Assembly (NCBI GenBank): GCA_011524645.1
Contig: WTJY01000025.1
Span: forward strand, 1-19,459
Length of the DNA stretch: 19,459 bases
Origin: Anaerolineales bacterium
GTDB lineage: Bacteria; Chloroflexota; Anaerolineae; Promineifilales; Promineifilaceae
Direction of reading: 5' to 3'
The stretch's first letter is position 1, and every line of letters begins with the position of its first letter. A program made the position numbers and the translations under genes. Under the pieces are notes generated by a model, which did no database searches, had not been told where the DNA came from, and saw nothing but the letters and a program-made list of their open reading frames with translations. Of the stretch, positions 1-6,757 are shown piece after piece.

Positions 1-696
1 AATTAGAATGCGATTGCCCTGTAAACATGGGGACAGTATTGAACTAACCAAACATTTTGCAATATAATTTGACAGTCTGAGATCATAAGATAAAAAAAGA
101 CATAAAATCGATTAAAACGAAAAACACCAAAGCCTTGCCAAAAAATTTGTTGCAATGCATACAAAAACCGCAATAATCAACACGAACGCGGGGTGGACAA
201 CAGGGAAATAGTCAGTATAATGTGTTCCAATCAAGGTACACACAGAACGACACAATACACACGTTATCCATTCCACACAAAACAATAAAAAAACGCAGAA
301 ATTATCTCTTTCTGTGTAAGGCATGTGACGTTCATGTGACGTTTTACTGGTATCATTAGCAAACAAATTCACAATCGTGCTATAGCACGTAAGTTAGAAT
401 CAACAGAATCAACGTAATTTGATCTCTTGATATAAGTGAATTTTATAACTAAATCCGAACCTTTCGTCTCTTATTTTGTGATAAAATTTATGCAGTACTG
501 TCATCATCCATGAAAGATTCGCCACAGTGCTCCTCACAAAATTGGAGATATTTATAAAAGCCTGTGGGTAATCGTGTCATGCGATGTCGTGAGTAGTATT
601 TTCACCTATTCCTCACATTATCTCAGCCACAACCACTGCTTAAAATTTGTAAACGATTTTTAGTCCATACAATTTATCTCCTGGAGGTTATTAACT

Positions 697-1395
697 ATGA
701 AACGTGTTATTTCTACTCTTGTTTTCGCGGCCGCTCTTCTCGGCCTTGGTGCAATGGCTTTCGCCGCTATGCCTGGTTTGGGCGGTGACACCGCTGTTGC
801 TGATAATGTTGATGTTGTTGCAGACGCTGGTGCGTCTACCGCTGCTACAAATAATGCAACCTCAGCATATAATGCAATTGGTGTTCCACTAGATAATGGA
901 ATCTATGACGCAGCTCAGTTGCTAACTGACATTGGTAATAACTCAGGAATTACACCAACTGCTATCACTAAATATGAACCAGGGGTTGGTTTCGTCTCAT
1001 ATGATCCAAATGACTTTTTCGGCGTAAGCTACCCAATCACAGTTGGTATGGGAGTGTTTATTTTGGTTGAAGGTGTATCAACAGACACATATGCATTCGT
1101 AGGCGAAGTGCCACCAGCGGGTTCAATATCGTTTGACTTAGCGTATAACGCTCCAGATGTGTGCACTTATAATTTAATTACTTTACCTCTAGACCAAGGT
1201 GATATTACCAATACGACAGAATGGACAACAGCCCTGGGTGGAAGTAGCGTAGTAGGGAATATTACCCAATATGTCCCCGGGTCAGGGTTCATATCATATG
1301 ATCCGAATGATTTCTTCGCGACACCATTCGATGTCTCTATCGGCTACCCTTATTTTGTTTGTGTTAAGTCAGCAATTACTTGGCCATCATCGTAG
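697..1395 (+). CDS. Secreted protein of unknown function. N-terminal signal peptide, then two tandem ~100-aa repeat modules, each with a G(V/S)GF(V/I)SYDPNDFF core.
   Basis: 232-aa ORF with a GGAGG Shine-Dalgarno 9 nt upstream of the ATG. The N-terminus MKRVISTLVFAAALLGLGAMAFAA is a typical Sec signal peptide. Internal duplication is visible in both protein (KYEPGVGFVSYDPNDFFGVSYPITVG vs QYVPGSGFISYDPNDFFATPFDVSIG) and DNA. Ser/Thr/Asn/Asp-rich, beta-type composition. GC is clearly lower than in genes further right in the window. Confidence 0.6.
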   Translation: MKRVISTLVFAAALLGLGAMAFAAMPGLGGDTAVADNVDVVADAGASTAATNNATSAYNAIGVPLDNGIYDAAQLLTDIGNNSGITPTAITKYEPGVGFVSYDPNDFFGVSYPITVGMGVFILVEGVSTDTYAFVGEVPPAGSISFDLAYNAPDVCTYNLITLPLDQGDITNTTEWTTALGGSSVVGNITQYVPGSGFISYDPNDFFATPFDVSIGYPYFVCVKSAITWPSS

Positions 1396-1556
1396 GCAGA
1401 ACAGTTTCCTTGTTCAACAGATTGCAAATGTTATAGTAACTAGTTGATCAACAGAAGTCTGATCTCATGGCAAAAAACTTAGAATATCGAAGACCACCAG
1501 AACTGAATAGTGTTGGTCAATTTCAATCATAACAACTCATACTGAGGAACAATTCT

Positions 1557-2378
1557 ATGAAAAATAATTTAACCTCTTGGCTTATAACTAGTGCTTGTCT
1601 ATTTCTCTCAGGTTATATCTTCTTGACATTAGCCATAACCAATACGAATATTGTTCACGCGCAGGTAACCCTTTCACCAGATCAAGATGATTATGCATTC
1701 AATGGAGATCCGGCATTAGGTGCTGACGGCTTCTTAGTAGTTAGAGCTAGCACAGACATTAATACACCTGGATGTATTGTTGAGGCAGAAACTGTGTTAG
1801 GATTTGATTTGAGCACGGTTGATATTGGTGCGATTTCTAGTGCCGAACTTAGCTTAGATGTAAATAATAGTGGTATTTCTAATGGCCAAGCGATGACCAT
1901 GACACTTTCCGGATCAAATGATGATTCTTGGACAGAAGGTAATTCATCTATCATATTCGTGAGTAGGCCTACACAGGATATAGACCTCAACACATCGGCA
2001 GCAGGCGGTCAAACATCAGGGTCAATAGCATTCGCAACGTCCGTAGAATTCACAGAATTTATATCAGCAACAGCCTCTGCAAATGGTGGTGACGATTATG
2101 CGACAATCATTATTAGTCCAGGATCAGGAGCCGCTGACTGTAGTAGTCCCAACGCACCATCACAAGGATTCGATTCGAAAGAAACAACACGTGCGGTCAC
2201 AGCCGCCGCAGGATTGACCCTTACAGGTACTACACCAACGGCCGTTTCCCTCTTCGGTGTAGAAGTTAGCGACACAACCAGCAACATCTTGTTGTGGGTT
2301 TCTGCGATCGCCTTCCTCTTGACACTATCTACTAGCGCCGTGCTCTGGAGACGACAAACATCAACAACCAACGCTTAG
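1557..2378 (+). CDS. Secreted or cell-surface protein of unknown function with a long signal peptide and a C-terminal hydrophobic anchor followed by a basic tail (sorting-signal-like).
   Basis: 273-aa ORF with GAGGA 8 nt upstream of the ATG. N-terminus MKNNLTSWLITSACLFLSGYIFLTLAITNTNIVHA/Q reads as a signal peptide. C-terminus ILLWVSAIAFLLTLSTSAVLW-RRQTSTTNA is one transmembrane helix plus Arg-rich tail, the architecture of a sortase/exosortase-type sorting signal, but no LPXTG or PEP motif is seen. Low GC like the upstream gene. Followed by an intrinsic terminator. Confidence 0.6.
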   Translation: MKNNLTSWLITSACLFLSGYIFLTLAITNTNIVHAQVTLSPDQDDYAFNGDPALGADGFLVVRASTDINTPGCIVEAETVLGFDLSTVDIGAISSAELSLDVNNSGISNGQAMTMTLSGSNDDSWTEGNSSIIFVSRPTQDIDLNTSAAGGQTSGSIAFATSVEFTEFISATASANGGDDYATIIISPGSGAADCSSPNAPSQGFDSKETTRAVTAAAGLTLTGTTPTAVSLFGVEVSDTTSNILLWVSAIAFLLTLSTSAVLWRRQTSTTNA

Positions 2379-2422
2379 GCGAATCGATCATACATTCTTT
2401 TCGCTGATTAGCTTTCAATGAA

Positions 2423-2460
2423 AGAGAGCATGGCAAATTGCCATGCTCTCTTTTTATTTT
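2423..2460 (+). terminator. Rho-independent terminator of the 1557..2378 gene.
   Basis: Perfect 12-bp stem agagagcatggc / gccatgctctct with loop aaatt, immediately followed by ttttatttt. Confidence 0.75.
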
Positions 2461-2498
2461 GTCTAACGGTATCTGCCTCATAGCCCAAACTCAATTCG

Positions 2499-2577
2499 CG
2501 CCAAAGACCCCAAGGGTTTCAGTTAAAGTCAAGTCAACACAGCTCGCATTCAAAACCCTTCGGGTCTAGAACCGCAG
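2499..2577. repeat. 79-bp structured direct repeat, copy R1. The second copy is at 5932..6010.
   Basis: Roughly 78 percent identical to 5932..6010 by hand alignment. Conserved ends cgccaaag... and ...cccttcgggtctagaaccgcag. Both copies keep an internal stem (aagggttt / aaaccctt type) around a ~35-nt loop. Lies 3' of the first ATPase paralog. Confidence 0.7.
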
Positions 2578-2690
2578 CATCAATTTTCATTACCTCAGTC
2601 TATAGAGTTGTGCATGCCCCTCGATAAGCCACTATCTCTTCCTAACTGCACCAGCACCATTCGATATCCCTCTTCTCCATATACGAGAAA

Positions 2691-4127
2691 TCATTCGTTT
2701 AGCGACAGCCCATCTCCTAGGGCTTGTAAATCAACTAACTTGATATGATGCTCACGCGCATATTCAGCCCCTTTAAGGGTAAAACCCGCACGGCTAAAAA
2801 ACACATAAGACACAGACCAACTTGACTCATCCCAATCTAAATCCTTAAACAGCTTGGCACGTTTTTCTTCGATCAATTCCCGCACAGTACTGTGGCTAAC
2901 CGGATTTTCTTGCCATTTACATTCCCCTAAAAGCAAACTTTTTGTAGCGAAATCGATCCCTATCACATCAATTTGCACATGACGACTCCAATGTGAGCCG
3001 ATTTGCTCTGGCTCAAACGGGAAATTACCTCGCGATGCCTGCTGATAAACCCAATCTTGACACAGTTTCTCAAAGCGAATCGCAATAAATGGCCGCAGCT
3101 CTCGTTTGATATGGGCCAGAGTCGCTTTTGCAGAGCGATTTGATTGCATATGAGGAAACACGAACCGAAAATAAAAGCGAAAATAAGCGTCTTGTAAATG
3201 ATACCGCCCTTTGCGTGATTTTCGTTTTTGGGCAGGAGTAAGCGTTGCAGGTAAGCGCCTTTCTACAAAATGGAGTTCCTGCAACTTCGATAGATAAGCA
3301 CCTACCTGTTGGCTACTAATTAAACAGGCATCTGCAATCTGTTTAGTGGTGTGCATTCCTCGGCTAATCGCCCGTAGGATCGCATGATAAGTCCGAATAT
3401 CTGTTAGCTCCTCATAAAGTAGCAAGTTGGGTTCAGCCATAAAAAGACTGCCAGAAGAAAGAATGACCTGTTGCAAATTTTGAGTAAAAGACAGTTCGGG
3501 GTCTAGCCATTCAAGATAAGCGGGGATTCCTCCTAAAATAGAATAGATTGCCACACGCTCAGCAACAGGCCAATTTGGGAAAAATGCGTCAAGGGCAGAA
3601 AATGGGAGTGGTTGCAAAAGCCATTGAGCGGTTAGACGGCCAAACAATGGAGATTGATTATGCATAATCGCTTCCATTGTATTAACTTGTGACCCACATA
3701 GCGCAATGATCAAATTTGAATCCCGCAATTGCTGATCCCAAACCTGTTGCAATCCTGATAGCACAGCAGGGTCCGCATCCGAAGCATAAGGTAATTCATC
3801 GATAATTAAGATATGACGTTTTTCTTGATCACGAAATTGCGTAGCAACCCACTGCCATGTCCTTGTCCAGCTATCAAAAATCGGGGCAAATTCTTCTTCC
3901 ACTTCCATAATAGTCGCGACTAGGCTACGCCGTTGTAAATTAGGCGGTTCTTTGCTCGCCATCCAATACGTGTAACTGACACCACTATTTTGTGCCCAGT
4001 GGTGTAAAAGTGCGGTTTTTCCAACACGGCGACGACCGTACAGAAGTAAAAGTTGGCCACGCGTGGGACGCATGCGAGTAAGCAGGCTATTTAGGAATGA
4101 GATTTCTTCGTTTCTATCAACAAACAT
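2691..4127 (-). CDS. AAA+ ATPase of the archaeal-type ATPase / DUF234 family. N-terminal P-loop ATPase, then a winged-helix segment and a C-terminal PD-(D/E)xK-like module. Paralog 1.
   Basis: 478 aa. Walker A is GRRRVGKT and Walker B is ILIIDELPY. The C-terminal half carries the DUF234-typical Y-L-D-Y-RFYFRF motif. It is followed by FEKLCQDW ... IDVIGID ... LLGECKW, which has the E / D / ExK spacing of a restriction-endonuclease-like fold. GC is lower than in its paralog and there are almost no CGGCCG motifs. Confidence 0.8.
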   Translation of the reverse strand: MFVDRNEEISFLNSLLTRMRPTRGQLLLLYGRRRVGKTALLHHWAQNSGVSYTYWMASKEPPNLQRRSLVATIMEVEEEFAPIFDSWTRTWQWVATQFRDQEKRHILIIDELPYASDADPAVLSGLQQVWDQQLRDSNLIIALCGSQVNTMEAIMHNQSPLFGRLTAQWLLQPLPFSALDAFFPNWPVAERVAIYSILGGIPAYLEWLDPELSFTQNLQQVILSSGSLFMAEPNLLLYEELTDIRTYHAILRAISRGMHTTKQIADACLISSQQVGAYLSKLQELHFVERRLPATLTPAQKRKSRKGRYHLQDAYFRFYFRFVFPHMQSNRSAKATLAHIKRELRPFIAIRFEKLCQDWVYQQASRGNFPFEPEQIGSHWSRHVQIDVIGIDFATKSLLLGECKWQENPVSHSTVRELIEEKRAKLFKDLDWDESSWSVSYVFFSRAGFTLKGAEYAREHHIKLVDLQALGDGLSLNE

Positions 4128-4139
4128 ATCTTTAGTATA

Positions 4140-4167
4140 ATAAAAATTAATATAATTTCAATTATAC
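4140..4167 (-). promoter_or_regulatory. Conserved AT-rich upstream motif (contains TATAAT on the coding strand) shared with the paralog's upstream region. Putative promoter or operator.
   Basis: ataaaaattaatataatttcaattatac at 13 to 40 nt from the start codon. A near-identical motif (acaaaaattattatattcaaattgtata) sits at the same distance from the second paralog's start. Confidence 0.35.
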
Positions 4168-4191
4168 TAAACAGAAGAGAGTTTTAACTCC

Positions 4192-5652
4192 TTAGACCCA
4201 TTGCGATAGTTGCTCATCGATTTGGGTGAGATCAAATAATTGAGCGGGTTCGGCCGTCCAATTCTTCCCTGACAGCCCCCCCGTTTCCTGCGCCAACGCC
4301 TGCGCCTCGGCCGTCCAGCCACCACGGCCGAACCCGACATGAATCACCCGCCAAGCCCCCTTCTCCGGCACAACGGCCGCTGTCGCATCGATCAGCTTTT
4401 GCAACACATCTGCCCCCACCGACCGGGTTCCCCACTTACACTCCCCCAGCACCAAAGTATGCGCCATCCGATTGATGCCAACCACATCGATCTCTACAGA
4501 TTTATTCCAAAAGCTACCTACACGATCCGGCAGAAACGGAATCACCCCATAAGCCCCCGCCCGCAACACCCATTCACGACACAACTCCTCCCACGTATGA
4601 CGGCCGATAAAATCGAGCAGATGGCGCTTCACCTCTTCGAGGGCCGGTTCTTGTACACCAAGTGCGAGTTGACTCTGGCGTGAGGCCAAGAAGCGATAAT
4701 AGAAACGTAAATAGGGATCAGTAATGTGATAATGGCTGCGGCGAGAATGATTGGCGGCCGTGATCGACACCCGCCGTTCGATAAATCCCGCCTTTTCTAA
4801 CGTGCTCAAATATTGGGACACATGCCCCTGTTTCAACCCTGTGTATTCGATAATCCGCTTCTGGGTACGGTTCCCATTGGCGATCGCGTTAAACAACGCG
4901 ACATAGTTATCCGGCTCCCGCACAAAATCTTGGATCAATAAGCGGGGTTCCGCTTGCATCAAATTATTCGGAGTAAGTAACTGCTGACGAATATTGTCTG
5001 AAATGGTGCGCGTTTGATCGATCCGTTCCCAGTAAGCGGGAATGCCACCGAACATAGCATAAATCGCTACGCGCTGGGCCACGTCATAATCGGGGAAGTA
5101 GCTTTTAGTCGAGCCGAAAAAGAGGGGCTGAATATGCAGTTGAGCGGCCGCACGGCCGTATAACGGGGCTTGATAAGACAAAATATGTTTTTGCATCATT
5201 CCCAAATGGGAGCCACACAGTACAAGTAGCAGCATGGTATCTTTAAGATGATGATCCCACATATTTTGAAACACCCCAGCAAGTTCAGGGGTCCGGCCGA
5301 GCAGATAGGTAAACTCATCGATAATCAGCGTAAATCGTTTTTCACGCGCTAAATCAGCTACCGCCAGCAACGCCTGATCCCACGAACTATAGGTAAACGT
5401 ATCGGGCACAGGGCTTTGTGGGTATGCTTGCTGGTAAATCACTTGGGAAAACTGGCGCAACTGGGCCACAGCCGATGTCGGTTGAGCCACCCAATACAAC
5501 CCTTCGGCTGTCTGCCGCTGTAGCCAATGGGTCAGTAAGCTCGTTTTGCCGACTCGCCGACGGCCGAACACCACCAACAAAGAAGCATCGTCTCGCAGTT
5601 GGTATCGGTTTAATAGATCTAGTTCTCGTTCTCGGCCGATAAAATCACTCAT
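4192..5652 (-). CDS. AAA+ ATPase of the archaeal-type ATPase / DUF234 family, paralog 2. Diverged tandem copy.
   Basis: 486 aa. Walker A is GRRRVGKT and Walker B is LIIDEFTYL. Same C-terminal motifs as paralog 1 (YHITDPYLRFYYRF, EELCREWV, VEIDVVGIN, LVLGECKW). The position matching the D in GID of paralog 1 is N here. Rich in the host-typical CGGCCG hexamer. Confidence 0.8.
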   Translation of the reverse strand: MSDFIGRERELDLLNRYQLRDDASLLVVFGRRRVGKTSLLTHWLQRQTAEGLYWVAQPTSAVAQLRQFSQVIYQQAYPQSPVPDTFTYSSWDQALLAVADLAREKRFTLIIDEFTYLLGRTPELAGVFQNMWDHHLKDTMLLLVLCGSHLGMMQKHILSYQAPLYGRAAAQLHIQPLFFGSTKSYFPDYDVAQRVAIYAMFGGIPAYWERIDQTRTISDNIRQQLLTPNNLMQAEPRLLIQDFVREPDNYVALFNAIANGNRTQKRIIEYTGLKQGHVSQYLSTLEKAGFIERRVSITAANHSRRSHYHITDPYLRFYYRFLASRQSQLALGVQEPALEEVKRHLLDFIGRHTWEELCREWVLRAGAYGVIPFLPDRVGSFWNKSVEIDVVGINRMAHTLVLGECKWGTRSVGADVLQKLIDATAAVVPEKGAWRVIHVGFGRGGWTAEAQALAQETGGLSGKNWTAEPAQLFDLTQIDEQLSQWV

Positions 5653-5667
5653 ACCAGAACATTATAC

Positions 5668-5695
5668 ACAAAAATTATTATATTCAAATTGTATA
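5668..5695 (-). promoter_or_regulatory. Second copy of the AT-rich upstream motif, with TATAAT and TATACA on the coding strand. Putative promoter or operator of paralog 2.
   Basis: See 4140..4167. Same spacing to the start codon. Confidence 0.35.
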
Positions 5696-5931
5696 AATAT
5701 TAATTTTTAACGAATCACCGCCTGCGGCGGCTCGAAAAATGGAAAGATCAGAGGAGGCTATCCCCCTCTAGACTCCCCCACCGAGGGGAACAAACCTCAC
5801 ACTCTTACAACACACCCGAAAACAACTACCCGTACGGGCTAGGTAAACGGCGCCCCAAGATCACATCTCCATCAAGCTAGCCGTCGTTTGTCTCGCCCAA
5901 AGCAGCGGCGCGCCCCATCTACGCACCAGCA

Positions 5932-6010
5932 CGCCAAAGCCCCGAAGGGTTTCAGTTGAACACAACCGGACACAGTTCGCATCCCAACCCCTTCGGGTCT
6001 AGAACCGCAG
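5932..6010. repeat. 79-bp structured direct repeat, copy R2.
   Basis: See 2499..2577. Lies ~280 nt upstream of the start of ATPase paralog 2, in the same orientation as R1. Confidence 0.7.
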
Positions 6011-6027
6011 AAGCTGATTACACACAA

Positions 6028-6072
6028 CAAAAAAGGTGAGACTTCACAGATTAAATCTGCAAAATCTCACCT
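6028..6072 (-). terminator. Probable intrinsic terminator of the cupredoxin gene.
   Basis: Imperfect ~18-bp hairpin ggtgagacttcacagatt / aatctgcaaaatctcacc. Flanked on the plus strand by aacaaaaaa, which is a T-run on the minus-strand transcript, directly after the stop of 6109..6528. Confidence 0.5.
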
Positions 6073-6108
6073 TGAGAAAATCTGCTATTCTATTTGATAG
6101 CGCGTGGT

Positions 6109-6528
6109 TTATTCGACGATAAAGTCGCCAACCATACCACCGTCCGCATGGCCCGCTACGGTACAAACCATTTTATAGGTGCCTGGCCCCGGCGCAAAAA
6201 AGGTTATAGATCCTTCTTCACCCGCTTGCACAAAGCCAACATTCGCACCAGACAATGCATCGACATCGGTCACACTAGATACATCAGCTGTGTCACTTAC
6301 AAGAATCCAGTTGTGCTCGAGCACACCTGCATTGACAAAATTGATGGTCACTTCAGACCCGTTTTGGACCGTAAGGGTTTCCGGATCAAAGCGGAATTCA
6401 TCATAGCCGGTCACAGTAAATGTTTCAGTGATCGTTTCGGCAACTTCTTCGGCCGCACCACCACCACAGGCGATTAAAAGTACAGCGGACATCGCTAAAA
6501 CGGTCGCTAATAGTATGAAACGTTTCAT
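6109..6528 (-). CDS. Type-1 (blue) copper protein, auracyanin/azurin-like cupredoxin. Probable lipoprotein.
   Basis: 139 aa with AAGGAG 10 nt upstream of the ATG. N-terminus MKRFILLATVLAMSAVLLIAC-GGG reads as a signal peptide with lipobox Cys. Copper ligands follow the pattern His (LEHNW) ... Cys-x4-His-x4-Met (CTVAGHADGGM), which is the auracyanin/azurin spacing. Confidence 0.8.
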   Translation of the reverse strand: MKRFILLATVLAMSAVLLIACGGGAAEEVAETITETFTVTGYDEFRFDPETLTVQNGSEVTINFVNAGVLEHNWILVSDTADVSSVTDVDALSGANVGFVQAGEEGSITFFAPGPGTYKMVCTVAGHADGGMVGDFIVE

Positions 6529-6694
6529 CAGAGGATTCTCCTTTCAGTTAAAATTATGTCTACTTGATTGTTGTATACGACATTTAGTTACAAGTCGCTC
6601 AAATACCTTTTAATTTTATTGTGAAATTCATCACAATCAGGTTAACATTATCATTTTACTGATACAATTTATATACAAAGCTCGGTTGTGCCTG

Positions 6695-6731
6695 TTTTGG
6701 TCGCTTCGTTCTGCGATCAAACCGACCAAAA
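6695..6731 (+). promoter_or_regulatory. 5'-leader hairpin upstream of the glycosyltransferase gene.
   Basis: Perfect 9-bp inverted repeat ttttggtcg ... cgaccaaaa separated by 19 nt, ending 27 nt before the ATG at 6758. Confidence 0.25.
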
Positions 6732-6757
6732 TCTCAGCAACTTGAGGACCAAAGAGT

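Noticed and set aside
112-372. 86-aa minus-strand ORF in the AT-rich leader.
   Set aside because: No Shine-Dalgarno. Composition dominated by Cys/Phe/Val from T-rich antisense of an A/C-rich tract. No recognisable motif. Treated as non-coding.
697-1395. Considered whether the two near-identical internal modules of the secreted protein could be a diversity-generating retroelement template/variable repeat pair.
   Set aside because: The DNA differences between the copies are spread over all four bases, not adenine-specific. There is no reverse transcriptase or accessory gene nearby. It is an ordinary internal domain duplication.
4232-5642. ORFs 4232..4435 (-), 4339..4683 (+), 5418..5642 (+) inside ATPase paralog 2. 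Likewise 6094..6477, 6179..6406 and 6428..6613 over the cupredoxin. Also 8092..8310, 8164..8589, 8618..8818, 9192..9434 and 9343..9615 inside the glycosyltransferase.
   Set aside because: All are antisense or off-frame to long ORFs with clear domain content. They are Gly/Arg/Pro-rich frame artefacts of GC-rich coding DNA with no ribosome-binding sites.
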